Of a stretch of DNA of 64,000 nucleotides, positions 8,013 to 17,957 are shown one piece after another. Source of the DNA: Spirulina sp. (lineage in GTDB: Bacteria > Cyanobacteriota > Cyanobacteriia > Phormidesmidales > Phormidesmidaceae); contig JBIPSI010000003.1 in NCBI GenBank assembly GCA_044070495.1, forward strand, positions 128,001 to 192,000. Direction: 5' to 3'. Position 1 is the first letter of the stretch, and the number at the start of each line of letters is the position of its first letter. The position numbers and the translations under genes were made by a program. The notes below the pieces were generated by a model. The model searched no databases and was not told the origin of the DNA. It saw nothing but the letters and a program-made list of their open reading frames with translations.

Positions 8013-9422
8013 ATGGCTGCATCCGCAATTCGTCCGGCCCGCATTTCCCGCGTATTGCCCGGCTCCATTGCCGAGGAGGTGGGGTTTGAACCCGGTGATG
8101 CCCTCGTTTCCATTAACGATCAGTGCCCCAGGGACTTGATCGATTACCAGTTCCTCTGCGCCGAGGAGGAACTGACCCTAGAGGTGCTAGATCGCGAGGG
8201 CAAAACCCATCGGGTGGAACTGGAAAAAGACATTGATGCCGACCTAGGGCTGGAGTTTGAAACCGCCCTGTTCGACGGGCTAATCCAGTGCAACAATGCC
8301 TGTCCCTTCTGCTTTATCGATCAACAGCCCCCCGGCAAGCGCGACACCCTCTATCTAAAAGACGACGACTACCGCCTCAGCTTCCTCTACGGCAGCTACC
8401 TCACCCTCACCAACCTGCTGCCCCAGGAATGGGAACGCATCGCCCAACTGCGTCTGTCGCCCCTGTATGTGTCGGTTCATGCCACCGAGCCGGAGGTGCG
8501 ATCCCGCCTGCTGAAGAACCCTAGGGCAGGGCAAATCCTAGAGCAACTGGCCTGGTTCCAAGCCCAGCGGCTGCAAATCCATGCCCAGGTGGTGGTCTGC
8601 CCCGGCATCAACGATGGCGCACACCTAGAAACCACCCTGCGGGATCTGGCTCGTTTCCACCAGGGCGAAGTGCCCGCCGTGACCTCCGTGGCGGTGGTGC
8701 CCGTGGGGCTAACCCGGTTCCGCCCCGCCGAAGATGAACTCACCCCGGTAACCGCCGACCAAGCGGCCACGGTGATCGCCCAGGTGGAGGCGCTTCAGGT
8801 GGAGTTTCAGCCCCAGTTTGGCACCCGCTTTGCTTGGCTGGCCGATGAATGGTACCTGCTGGCCAACCGGGAGGTGCCCAGCTCCGACGACTACGAAGAC
8901 TATCCCCAACTCGGCAACGGCGTAGGGTCGATTCGCCAATTCCTCGACCAGTTTGCCCAGTCGGCCAGCGACTATTTACCCGATGCCGTCCACCCACCGC
9001 GCACCCTCACCTGGGTGGTGGGCAATGCCGTAGAACATGCCTTCCAGCCCATTGTGGATCGGCTCAATCAGGTGGAAGACCTCACCGTGCAACTGGCGGC
9101 CCTCGCCAGCGACTATTGGGGCCGAGACTTAACCGTAACGGGCCTGCTCACCGGACAAGACCTGCTCAGCGGGCTGGAGGGCAAACCCCTGGGGGATGCG
9201 GTGCTGCTGCCCACGGTGATGCTCAAACCCAGCGACAGTGGCCAACCCGAAGACACCCTCTTCCTCGATGACATGAGCGTGGCAGAGGTGAGCCAGCGCC
9301 TCAATGTGCCGATTCTACCCATCGACGATACCGACGCCCTGGTGAAGAGTTGCTGCGGCGTCGTGCCGAAGGCCTCCTACACCGATCTCCAGCCTGCGGT
9401 GGGCTATTGGGCACCGTCTTAG
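8013..9422 (+). CDS. TIGR03279-family radical SAM protein (PDZ + DUF512)
   Basis: CNNACPFCFIDQ, KDDDYRLSFLYGSYLTLTN, N-terminal PDZ-like segment. Confidence 0.93.
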   Translation: MAASAIRPARISRVLPGSIAEEVGFEPGDALVSINDQCPRDLIDYQFLCAEEELTLEVLDREGKTHRVELEKDIDADLGLEFETALFDGLIQCNNACPFCFIDQQPPGKRDTLYLKDDDYRLSFLYGSYLTLTNLLPQEWERIAQLRLSPLYVSVHATEPEVRSRLLKNPRAGQILEQLAWFQAQRLQIHAQVVVCPGINDGAHLETTLRDLARFHQGEVPAVTSVAVVPVGLTRFRPAEDELTPVTADQAATVIAQVEALQVEFQPQFGTRFAWLADEWYLLANREVPSSDDYEDYPQLGNGVGSIRQFLDQFAQSASDYLPDAVHPPRTLTWVVGNAVEHAFQPIVDRLNQVEDLTVQLAALASDYWGRDLTVTGLLTGQDLLSGLEGKPLGDAVLLPTVMLKPSDSGQPEDTLFLDDMSVAEVSQRLNVPILPIDDTDALVKSCCGVVPKASYTDLQPAVGYWAPS

Positions 9423-9683
9423 CTTGAACTAAACGGTTTAGTTTGGCACAATGACTATACAGGAGAGATCCAACGGCCCGGTACCTTAAGAACCGGCGCT
9501 GACATGGGATTGCTCCCCTGTTTCTCTACCCTAGGGTAGGGAGTTGGCCCATGGCTTTTATGTCCGGCCAGATGCCGATATGCTAAAACACTGGAGGACT
9601 GGGTCAACACTCTGCGGAGTTGCGATTCAGGGGCCGTTAGCGTTTTCCCTTGGCGTTTTCCATTACTGTGACCTGTGGTGTTT

Positions 9684-11438
9684 ATGCGTGACTTGTGCCG
9701 TCGTCGCTTGATTCTGGCTAGCGTGGGGGCAACGGCCCTCTCTTGGCCCATCCTGCCCGTTGCGGCCCAGCCCTGGCCCCAGACCGTCGCCCTTGCGACT
9801 GCATCGGTGCGGTGGCTGGCCCAGGAAAATACCCAATCCCAGGGGGCAGAGGATGCCTCGGAGCCCGTGACCTCCGAGGCCGATCCGTCCGATCCCGCCG
9901 CCAGCCCCGCCGCCCAGGAACCGACCACCCCTGTAGAACCGGGGGGCGACCCCACCCTGCCGCTTCAGCAGAATAGCGCTGACCCAGGAGAGGACGCTAA
10001 TTCAGAAACCGTCCCAGCCTCGGATACCGAAATGTCCGATCCAGAGATAGCTACCCCAGAAACCCCTGATTCAGAGGCCGCATCAGAGGCCAATCCCTCG
10101 GTAACGGCACCTGGCCTCCCCCCAGAGGTTGACCTAGAGTACCTTCAGCCCCACGCCAACCCGCTGCAATTACAAACCCAGCCCGATGAGGTGGAGATTG
10201 TGGGCACCCAGCCCCTTTCCCTCGAAGCCGCCATTGAGCTGGCCTACCGCAACAGCGAAGAACTGCGCATTGCCCAACTGCAACTGGAACGCAGCCACGA
10301 AGGACTCCGGGCCGAACGCGCACTGCTTTACCCCACCGCCGACCTGAGTGCCACCCTGGAGGTTACCGACCAAACCAACTTTGGCCTAGGACTGGGCGAC
10401 ACCGCCACACGGCTGAATAGCGGCATCCGCGCTGAATATGACCTGGGGGTATCGGGGGAGCGATCCGCCCGCATTCAGGCCGCCGAGGAGCAGGTGCGGC
10501 TAGCGGAGTTGGCCATGGAACGCACCCGCGAGGAACTACGGCTCGACACGACCACGGACTACTATGCCGTGCAGGATGCCAGCGAGCAGATTCGGATTAA
10601 CGAAGCCTTTCTCCGGGAAGCGGAGGAAAACTTGAGAATTACGCGGCTGCGGGAAGAGGTGGGCGTGGGCACTCGGTTTGACGTGTTGCGGGCCGAGGTT
10701 CAGGTGGCCAATGCTCGCCAAAACATTACCCAAGCTCGGAGCCAGCGAGACATTGCCCAGCGCCAACTGTCTCGCCGTTTGAATATCCCCCCCTCTATCA
10801 CCGTGACTACCTTGGCGGTTGAGGTGATGGGCCCCTGGCCCCTAAGCCTGGAGGAGAGTATTGTGCTGGCCTACCAAAATCGGGCCGAGCTAGAGCAGTT
10901 CCTCACCGAGCGCGATCTCAACGAAGCCCAGCGGCAGGCTGCCCTGGCCCGAACTCGGCCTAGCGTGGGGCTGTTTGCCCAATACAACTTCCAGGCTCTC
11001 CTGATTACGCCGGAGGGTGTGCCTACCAGTACCAACGATGGGTTCTCGGTGGGTGCCCAGCTAGCCTGGCGGCTTTTCGATGGCGGCGGCACCCAGGCAC
11101 GGGCGGCCCAGAGTGAACTGGATATCCGCATCGATGAATTTGAGTTTGAGAACGCCCGCAACACCATTCGCACCCAGGTGGAGGAGGCCTACTACACCCT
11201 GCAAGCCAACCTCGCCAATATCGATACGGCCACCCTGGCGGTAACCCAGGCCCAGCAAGCGCTAAGGTTGGCAAACCTGCGCTTTGAGGCGGGGGTGGGT
11301 ACCCAAACCGAGGTGCTGAACGCCACCAGCGAACTCACCCAGGCCGAAGGCAACCTGGTGCGGGCCAAGCTAGACTACAACCGCGCCCTAGCCCGCCTAG
11401 AGCGGGCCGTCAGCAACCTCAGCCCCCTGCCCCGCTAA
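9684..11438 (+). CDS. tolC: TolC-family outer membrane efflux protein
   Basis: Two OEP repeats (GVGTRFDVL, RFEAGVGTQTEVL), signal region and acidic linker. Confidence 0.92.
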   Translation: MRDLCRRRLILASVGATALSWPILPVAAQPWPQTVALATASVRWLAQENTQSQGAEDASEPVTSEADPSDPAASPAAQEPTTPVEPGGDPTLPLQQNSADPGEDANSETVPASDTEMSDPEIATPETPDSEAASEANPSVTAPGLPPEVDLEYLQPHANPLQLQTQPDEVEIVGTQPLSLEAAIELAYRNSEELRIAQLQLERSHEGLRAERALLYPTADLSATLEVTDQTNFGLGLGDTATRLNSGIRAEYDLGVSGERSARIQAAEEQVRLAELAMERTREELRLDTTTDYYAVQDASEQIRINEAFLREAEENLRITRLREEVGVGTRFDVLRAEVQVANARQNITQARSQRDIAQRQLSRRLNIPPSITVTTLAVEVMGPWPLSLEESIVLAYQNRAELEQFLTERDLNEAQRQAALARTRPSVGLFAQYNFQALLITPEGVPTSTNDGFSVGAQLAWRLFDGGGTQARAAQSELDIRIDEFEFENARNTIRTQVEEAYYTLQANLANIDTATLAVTQAQQALRLANLRFEAGVGTQTEVLNATSELTQAEGNLVRAKLDYNRALARLERAVSNLSPLPR

Positions 11439-11789
11439 ACCCCCTTCAAGCAGGCCCTCGGTGGGGGGATGGGCCGCATGATCGGCACAGAGGCGCTCGA
11501 TCACCTGTTCAGCGGTCATCAATCGTTTTAGCACCACCTGGTTAAAGGCGGATTCGCTATCCTGCTCAGGCTTCACCTCCACCATCAGTACCGCCTCCTC
11601 CACCTGGTACAGCCAGAGGGTTTCCCCCTGCTCGTGGATGGCCAAAGTGAGGCGACGGAGGTGGGGTTTGCGCTGCCAAGCCAACTCGTTCCACAGACCG
11701 CCAAATTCCCACACGCGGCCCGTTACCCAACCATCGGAAAGAAAAAAGTATTTCACCGTTCGCTCTGTCACACCATAGTTCTCTGGCAT
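11397..11789 (-). CDS. Conserved cyanobacterial hypothetical protein
   Basis: KYFFLSDGW..GRVWEFGGLWNE; QVVLKRL motif. Confidence 0.8.
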   Translation of the reverse strand: MPENYGVTERTVKYFFLSDGWVTGRVWEFGGLWNELAWQRKPHLRRLTLAIHEQGETLWLYQVEEAVLMVEVKPEQDSESAFNQVVLKRLMTAEQVIERLCADHAAHPPTEGLLEGGLAGQGAEVADGPL

Positions 11790-11916
11790 TATCCACCGTT
11801 AGCCAGCCCTAACCCAAAGATTTTCCTAGGATGGCGATGCCCCAGGCCAGCCAGGGACGCATCTAAGGTGGGGATGGGTATGATAGGGAAAAATTTTGCG
11901 GCAGTGGGAGGTAGCC

Positions 11917-12528
11917 ATGACCCAAGATTCTGACCCGTCGAACGCAGCCCGTGGCAGCGGCCCGTGGAAGTGGGTGGCCCTGGGCTGTGGTGGTTGTCTG
12001 GTGTTTAGCACCGTTGCCCTGGTGGCCCTGGTTTGGCTGATTGGCCGCACCATGCAGTTTGCCATTGGCCCTGAGGGGGTAAACCCTGAACAAGCCCCCT
12101 TTGCCTACACCATCCCAGGACAGAGCGAGGGCGTGTTGTCCATGAATATGTTTGGGATGGAAATCACCCAAATTACCAGCACCGACACGCCACCCTCCGT
12201 GTTGTTAACGATGGGCCGATTGCCCCGCTACTTGCAAAACTCGGCGGATCAGGCCAGCCTGCTGGAATCCTTCCAGGAGGGCATGATTGGGGATGAAACC
12301 TACCAATTTTCCCCGCCCCGCACCGAGGAACGTACCCTCTGCGACACGGCGGTTCCCGTCATTCTACAGACGGGAGACTATCAGGAGAATCAATCCACCT
12401 ACCCAGCCACCAGCTTAATGGCCGCCGTGGACTACAATGGCCGCACCCAATTTGTGTGGATTTTGGCCCACGGTGATGCGGCAACGGCCAACGCCGACCA
12501 GGTGTTTAGCTCCTTGGCCTGTCAGTAG
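11917..12528 (+). CDS. Hypothetical single-pass membrane protein
   Basis: GGAGG RBS; WVALGCGGCL TM segment. Confidence 0.75.
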   Translation: MTQDSDPSNAARGSGPWKWVALGCGGCLVFSTVALVALVWLIGRTMQFAIGPEGVNPEQAPFAYTIPGQSEGVLSMNMFGMEITQITSTDTPPSVLLTMGRLPRYLQNSADQASLLESFQEGMIGDETYQFSPPRTEERTLCDTAVPVILQTGDYQENQSTYPATSLMAAVDYNGRTQFVWILAHGDAATANADQVFSSLACQ

Positions 12529-12547
12529 GGCAGGATTCGTCAGTTCA

Positions 12548-13513
12548 TTACCCGCCGAAGTTCCACATCACCGGGTCGGGATCGACGTGGTCGGTGACGG
12601 TACGACTGATGGCGTCGATGTCTTGTAGGTCTTGGGCGGAGAGGCGAACATCGGCGGCTTTGGCGTTTTCCTGGGCCTGGATTGCGTTGCGTACCCCCAC
12701 GATGGCAGTGGTTTGGGGTTGGGCCAGCAGCCAGGCCAGGGCCAGGTTGCCGATGGTGGTGTGGTGCCGTTGGGCGATGGGGTTTAGCTCGGTGAGGGCG
12801 GCCAGGGCGGTGTCGTAGAGGGGCGGGCGGAACAGCTTATTTTTGCTGCGAATGTCGGCATCGGGGAAGCGGTGATCGGCATCAAATTTGCCCGTCAGCA
12901 AGCCCTGGGCCAGGGAAGAATAGGCCATCACCGTGAGGTTGTGTTCGATGCAGTAGGGCAACTGATCGGTTTCTACCCCGCGCCAAAACAGGGAATAGGG
13001 GGGCTGAAGGCTATCAATGCGGCCATGCTGGGCGGCCTCTTCGAGTTGAACACGGGAAAAGTTGGATACGCCAATGGCCCGGATTTTGCCCTGTTCCTTA
13101 AGCTGATTGAGGGCGGCCATGGTTTCGCCAATGGGGACGATCTCGCTGCCAAAGGAACCCGACGGCCAGTGAATTTGGTAGAGGTCAATCACATCGGTTT
13201 GCAGCCGTCGCAGGGATTGCTCACAGGCTTCGATGACTTGGTTAAACCGCAGATGATTGGCAAATACCTTAGTAGCCAGCACCACCCGATCCCGTCGATC
13301 CGCTAGGGCTTTGCCCACCAGTTCCTCGGAGTAGCCATCGCCGTAGACTTCAGCGGTATCGAAGGTGGTGATGCCCGCTTCTAGGGCCGCCTGCATGGCG
13401 GAGATGACGGTCTGGTCTTCAATGTCCACCCAGCCCTTTTTACCCGCCTGCCAGGTGCCGAGAATGATAGGACTCATCGCAATGCTGGTGTTGCCCAATA
13501 GACGGGTTTCCAT
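12548..13513 (-). CDS. Aldo/keto reductase
   Basis: FDTAEVYG, LATK, DLYQIHWP, GKIRAIGVSN. Confidence 0.95.
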   Translation of the reverse strand: METRLLGNTSIAMSPIILGTWQAGKKGWVDIEDQTVISAMQAALEAGITTFDTAEVYGDGYSEELVGKALADRRDRVVLATKVFANHLRFNQVIEACEQSLRRLQTDVIDLYQIHWPSGSFGSEIVPIGETMAALNQLKEQGKIRAIGVSNFSRVQLEEAAQHGRIDSLQPPYSLFWRGVETDQLPYCIEHNLTVMAYSSLAQGLLTGKFDADHRFPDADIRSKNKLFRPPLYDTALAALTELNPIAQRHHTTIGNLALAWLLAQPQTTAIVGVRNAIQAQENAKAADVRLSAQDLQDIDAISRTVTDHVDPDPVMWNFGG

Positions 13514-13610
13514 GGCTGCGCTCCCTCCAGGACTATCAATACCGTGGGGCCATTATCCCCTGAATCTCGGTGGGTGAGGATTTTGGCGAACGATGGGCCA
13601 GGACGTCACG

Positions 13611-13679
13611 AAACTAGGGCGTCGCTAAAAACTAGAGCGTCACTAAAAACTAGGACATCACCAACTAGGGCGTCACTAA
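13611..13679. repeat. Degenerate 18-bp tandem repeat (about 4 copies) of the L,D-transpeptidase 3' end
   Basis: AAACTAGGGCGTCGCTAA / AAACTAGAGCGTCACTAA / AAACTAGGACATCAC / AACTAGGGCGTCACTAA. Confidence 0.8.
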
Positions 13680-14306
13680 AACCGTCATGCCCATTTGAAC
13701 GTGGTCGAACAAGGCTACCACATCCTCGTTGCGCAGCCGCACACAGCCGTTGGAGGCCGCCTGCCCAATGGAGGACACCGTGGGGGTACCGTGGAAGCCA
13801 ATAATGCCGTTATCGAGGGTGAGAAAGCCGATCCAGCGCAACCCTAGGGCGCTATTGGGGCCAGGTTCGTGGATTGCCCCTGTCCAGGGGCTTTTCCACA
13901 CCGGATCCACAATCATCTGAAAAATTTGGTACTCGCCCACGGGGGTTGGGGTGTCGGGGGCACCAATGGCGACGGGATAGCTATCCAGCACCATTTCGCC
14001 GCCATAAACATAAGCCCGCCGCTCCCCCAAACGTAGGACAACGTGGGTGGCGCGAGGTTTGGGAGATTCTGGCAGGTAGTCTGTGGGTAGGCCCAGGGGT
14101 GGCCCCGCCAGGGCTGGCACCACGGGTTCAGGGGAAACCGCCAGGGGTAAAGCCCCCGGAGAAGCTAGGACGGCACCGGAGGAAATGCCTACGGCCCCCG
14201 TGGCTAGCACGGCAGCCAGCCGACCACACCATCGAAAGCCACGGAACCCAGGCTTCAGCCGGGGCTGGGGGCAAGGGGTGGGTGCTGTCTTGGGGGGTAT
14301 GATCAC
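13665..14306 (-). CDS. L,D-transpeptidase (YkuD family)
   Basis: YPVAIG, TP.G, IGFHGT, SNGCVRL catalytic motif. Confidence 0.93.
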   Translation of the reverse strand: MIIPPKTAPTPCPQPRLKPGFRGFRWCGRLAAVLATGAVGISSGAVLASPGALPLAVSPEPVVPALAGPPLGLPTDYLPESPKPRATHVVLRLGERRAYVYGGEMVLDSYPVAIGAPDTPTPVGEYQIFQMIVDPVWKSPWTGAIHEPGPNSALGLRWIGFLTLDNGIIGFHGTPTVSSIGQAASNGCVRLRNEDVVALFDHVQMGMTVLVTP

Positions 14307-14310
14307 GGTT

Positions 14311-14358
14311 CTTTTATTCGTACATCACTAGGCTTTTATTCGTACATCACTAGGCTTT
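14311..14358. repeat. Perfect 22-bp tandem duplication upstream of the L,D-transpeptidase
   Basis: CTTTTATTCGTACATCACTAGG x2, plus a partial TCGTACATC at about 14370. Confidence 0.85.
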
Positions 14359-14456
14359 ACCTTCCTGGATCGTACATCCCTGGGGTTGCTGGCGAAGCCT
14401 TGGCCCCACCAGCCTAGCTATGCCTCCATCCTTGGGAACGGAGGGCGCAGCGTTCT

Positions 14457-15200
14457 CTACCAGAGTCCTTGAACAGGCTCGGAGGTGGTGGTGGTCGGAG
14501 TAGTGGTGGTGGTCGGGGTGGTGGTCGGGGTTACGACTTCTTCAACCACTTCCTCCTCGACAACGGGTGTGGTTTCCTCGGCTTCCACGGTCTCAGCCTC
14601 AACCATCCGGGCCGTCAGCTTATCCACAAACCCTTCAGGAATCAGCACGGTGTCGATGGCGTGGATGACGCCGTTGCTGGCCTCAACATCTGGAATGATG
14701 ATTTCGGCATCATTAACAAACAATTCATCGCCCATGGAGCTGATGTTAACAGGGCCATTTAGGGTTTCAAGATCGCGGGGGCCACTCAGACCAGAGGAGG
14801 TCACCGTATCGGGCACCACATGGTAGGCCAGCAGTTCCGTGAGCAGATCCTTGTTTTCAGGCAACAGCAGAGCCTCTACCACTTCGTCGGGCAGGGCCTC
14901 AAAGGCCTCGTTGGTGGGGGCAAACACGGTGAAAGGCCCATCGCCAGAGAGGGTGTCTACAAGGTCAGCGGCCTGTACAGCGGTGACGAGGGTGCTGAAG
15001 TTATCGTTGCCAGCGGCCACATCCACAATGGTGTCACCCATTTGGGCGATGTGCATGTCGGCAAGCTCGATGGCCACGGGGTTAGCTACAGCCGAAGTGG
15101 AGCGCAGTTCCTCGGCCAGGGCTGGGGCAGCGGCCAAGATTCCTACACCTGCCACGCTAAAGAGGGCAGAAACAACCTTGGACATGATGGGGTGGGTCAT
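14457..15200 (-). CDS. Fasciclin (FAS1) domain protein
   Basis: GPFTVFAPTNEAF, LAYHVVP, NGVIHAIDTVL; signal peptide; C-terminal PVQGLW. Confidence 0.93.
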   Translation of the reverse strand: MTHPIMSKVVSALFSVAGVGILAAAPALAEELRSTSAVANPVAIELADMHIAQMGDTIVDVAAGNDNFSTLVTAVQAADLVDTLSGDGPFTVFAPTNEAFEALPDEVVEALLLPENKDLLTELLAYHVVPDTVTSSGLSGPRDLETLNGPVNISSMGDELFVNDAEIIIPDVEASNGVIHAIDTVLIPEGFVDKLTARMVEAETVEAEETTPVVEEEVVEEVVTPTTTPTTTTTPTTTTSEPVQGLW

Positions 15201-15314
15201 AGTTCTTGAGTGTAAAGTTTTGCAAACAAAGACACCTGAGATTCTAATACACTTCCACACTCTGCACCGGAACTCCCATGGGCGCATCCTGACATTAGCC
15301 CTACGGAGTTGGCC

Positions 15315-16181
15315 CTAGTGCAAGACGGGGCCAGCCCCCCCAAACAAAAACAGCGACAGGAAAAAATCCACCACAAACAGCCCCACCCAGGTGGTAACCA
15401 CGGCGGCGGTGGCGGATCGGCCCACGGATTGACTACAGGTGGTGGTGAGGCCCCAGGTGCAGCCCGCCAAACCCACCATGGCCCCAAATAGTACAGATTT
15501 CATTAAAACGGCTAGCAAGTCGCTCATCCCCAGCAAGGCCCGCACCGACTCAAGAAACTGTGGCACCGGCACCTGATAGATTTGCTGGGCGATGGCGGCC
15601 CCCGACAGAATCCCTAGTACCAAACCAATCACGGTGAGGGCAGGTAACATCAGGCAGCAGGCCAAAACCCTCGGCACCACCAGGTAGTTGACGGGGCAGG
15701 TTTGCAAGACCTTGAGGGCATCGATCTGATCCGTGACCTTCATACAGCCAATTTCGGCGGCAAAGGCGGTTCCCACCTGCCCCGCCAAAATCGCCGCCGT
15801 TAGCAGGGGGGCCAACTCTCGACAAAAGGCCATGGCGAAGGCTCCACCCAGGGCAAAGATGGCTCCAAACCGATCCAGTTCGCGGGCGGTTTGGATAGTG
15901 AAGATCATGCCAGCGAAGACATTAATCATCACTACGGGCATTAGGGTGCCCGGCCCCACCAGTGCCATTTGTGCCAGGGTGTTCTGGCGATTCACCCGCC
16001 CCTGCAAAACCCGGACGAGCACTTGCCCACCCAGAAAGCAGGCCATGACCACATGGTACAGCCACGACCGTTGACGCAACCCCGCCCCTTGAGGGGCCGC
16101 GAGCCATGGCTGAGGCGACGGTTGCGCCTGGGGTACGGGGGTATTTCCATCCCAGGCATGGGGAAACGGGGCTTTAACCAT
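15315..16181 (-). CDS. mlaE: MlaE-family lipid ABC transporter permease
   Basis: RELAPLLTA, AGQVGTAFAAEIG, QIDAL, LVVPRV. Confidence 0.92.
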   Translation of the reverse strand: MVKAPFPHAWDGNTPVPQAQPSPQPWLAAPQGAGLRQRSWLYHVVMACFLGGQVLVRVLQGRVNRQNTLAQMALVGPGTLMPVVMINVFAGMIFTIQTARELDRFGAIFALGGAFAMAFCRELAPLLTAAILAGQVGTAFAAEIGCMKVTDQIDALKVLQTCPVNYLVVPRVLACCLMLPALTVIGLVLGILSGAAIAQQIYQVPVPQFLESVRALLGMSDLLAVLMKSVLFGAMVGLAGCTWGLTTTCSQSVGRSATAAVVTTWVGLFVVDFFLSLFLFGGAGPVLH

Positions 16182-16349
16182 GGCTAAGGTGACTCGCAAT
16201 CGCTAAGGGGGGCATCAAGGCTGATCTTGATCTTGATCTGATTGACGTTCGACTGACGGGATTGTCGCCCGACTTTTCGCATCTGCCCCCTCGGCGTATC
16301 AATTTTTTTCAGTTTTTCCGATCCAAGGGTTGCCATTTCTAAGTTTTAT

Positions 16350-16378
16350 AGTACATTTGTATTTAGTTCTCTTGTTCT
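16350..16378 (+). promoter_or_regulatory. Two adjacent LexA-like SOS boxes
   Basis: AGTAC-ATTT-GTATT (16350-16363) and AGTTC-TCTT-GTTCT (16365-16378), each one mismatch from the cyanobacterial RGTAC-N4-GTWCB consensus. Confidence 0.6.
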
Positions 16379-16388
16379 AGTACGCGCC

Positions 16389-17309
16389 ATGGATACCCAA
16401 GCTTTGCAGGCCATGCAGGAAAAGCTTCTCCGTCAGCAGCAGACCCTCAGGTCTCAGTCCCCGTTGGAGATCCGGAGTGATTGGCCTGTGCCCCACCATA
16501 TTGGGGTTCACAGTACCGCAGCTCGGGTAGCAGAAACGGTAGACATGCTACAGCGCCGATCTTGGCAGTCGGGGGCAACGGGGGCCACCCCTAGGTCAAG
16601 GTCGGAGGTGGCCCGTAGGGTAGGGGTAGATCGGCCCCGTCGGTTTACCCCCGCCACCTATCAGCGGCAGATGGCCGCCATCGTCAAACGCATTAACGAC
16701 CTCTCGCGTGAGCAAGAGCAGGCCATGGCGGAAATGCAATGGGTGCAGCAACAGCTCGTTTCCTTCGGTGCTGAAGGATCCTCTCCTCCGGCTTGGCCCA
16801 CCATTAACTTCGACCAGGCCGTAACCGCCAGGGCCAGCCTGGATGCTTCTGGTCAAGTTCTGCTCGGCTATGGTTCCGTGCGTCCCCAGCCCGTTCAGGA
16901 GGAGGAAGCCCATGCCCTAGCCCAGCACCTGCGCCAAGCCTACGGGTCGCCCCAAGGGCAGCGTCCCGGTTCGGTAGGGCTGCGGCGAGTATGGCGTCGC
17001 CTGGGGGCATGGATTACCAAAGCCATCCCCAGTAGGGCAATCCATCCCCACCAAGACCGTATCCCTTCCCCAGCGCCCTCGACCACCGAGGCCATGCTGT
17101 GGGCGGGGGCTGGCGTGGGTGGTCGATTTGTGATTCAGGGGCTGATGATGACCATCCCCAGTTTAGGCATAGTCGCTGTTGTGGCCTGCCTTGCCAGCCT
17201 CTCCCTAACCCTGTATCGCGCCATTTTGTCGCCTACGCCCGATGTCAACCTGATGAGTCGAATCGCCCTAGCCCTAGCGGGGCTGTTGATTGGCGGTTAT
17301 CTGGTCTAG
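16389..17309 (+). CDS. Hypothetical protein: coiled-coil N-half, about 3 C-terminal TM helices
   Basis: 306 aa ORF; Q/E-rich helices, hydrophobic C-terminus. Confidence 0.75.
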   Translation: MDTQALQAMQEKLLRQQQTLRSQSPLEIRSDWPVPHHIGVHSTAARVAETVDMLQRRSWQSGATGATPRSRSEVARRVGVDRPRRFTPATYQRQMAAIVKRINDLSREQEQAMAEMQWVQQQLVSFGAEGSSPPAWPTINFDQAVTARASLDASGQVLLGYGSVRPQPVQEEEAHALAQHLRQAYGSPQGQRPGSVGLRRVWRRLGAWITKAIPSRAIHPHQDRIPSPAPSTTEAMLWAGAGVGGRFVIQGLMMTIPSLGIVAVVACLASLSLTLYRAILSPTPDVNLMSRIALALAGLLIGGYLV

Positions 17310-17408
17310 GAACCCTAGCAATCTACCCTCACGGATTCCTTCCCCAATTTCTTCCCAAGCGTCGTTCTCCAGCCATCTCCTGCTCCAGCCATTCCTAAGG
17401 ACTCCCCC

Positions 17409-17822
17409 ATGCTTTCCACTCGCCCCCCCATCGATTCCCCCTCTCCCACCCTGGCAAAGTCCTTGCTGCCTGCGGCGGCCTCGCTCATTGCGGTCGCTGT
17501 CGTTGGCCAAGGTCAAATTCCCAACTTCTGGCGATCCACCTCCACGCCGTCTTCCTCGGAAACCTGTGAAGCCATCATCCGCAGCGATGCCCGCCTTGGT
17601 CGCGAAGAATTGGCCAAGCTGTTGACCATTCCTGAGCGCGACAGCAAAGAAAATGTGCGCAAGGTGGTTTCTGAGCCTTACTGCCGCCTGCCTGCCCTTC
17701 AAATTCGGGCGGGTGTTGAGGCCGAGCGCGAGGTCTATCCCCTCGCCTTCGACCCCTCCACCCACCTCATCCTGCTCTACGAAGGAGACGAGTATGCAGG
17801 GTATCGATTCAAGGTGAACTAG
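17409..17822 (+). CDS. Conserved cyanobacterial hypothetical protein
   Basis: LAKLLTIPER, PYCRLP, EREVYPLAFDP, LYEGDEYAGY. Confidence 0.8.
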   Translation: MLSTRPPIDSPSPTLAKSLLPAAASLIAVAVVGQGQIPNFWRSTSTPSSSETCEAIIRSDARLGREELAKLLTIPERDSKENVRKVVSEPYCRLPALQIRAGVEAEREVYPLAFDPSTHLILLYEGDEYAGYRFKVN

Positions 17823-17830
17823 GCTCGAAT

Positions 17831-17916
17831 GGCGCTGATGTGAGGCTGGTGGGCAGTGCCCACCCTACGGCTACGGCGCTGATGTAAGGCTGGTGGGCAG
17901 TGCCCACCCTACGGCT
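17831..17916. repeat. 44-bp tandem duplication, each unit carrying REP family A (GTAGGGTGGGCACTGCCCACC, minus strand)
   Basis: Units start at 17831 and 17875; REP at 17848-17868 and 17892-17912. Confidence 0.85.
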
Positions 17917-17957
17917 CTCCCTATTTCCCCTAGACTCCCCATCCCCATCCGGTCCCC

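Noticed and set aside
13611..13679. Possible CRISPR or iteron array
   Set aside because: No spacers; the units derive from the neighbouring gene's 3' end
17831..17916. Possible mini CRISPR array
   Set aside because: The sequences between palindromes are near-identical rather than unique spacers, it is a REP-containing tandem duplication, and there are no cas genes
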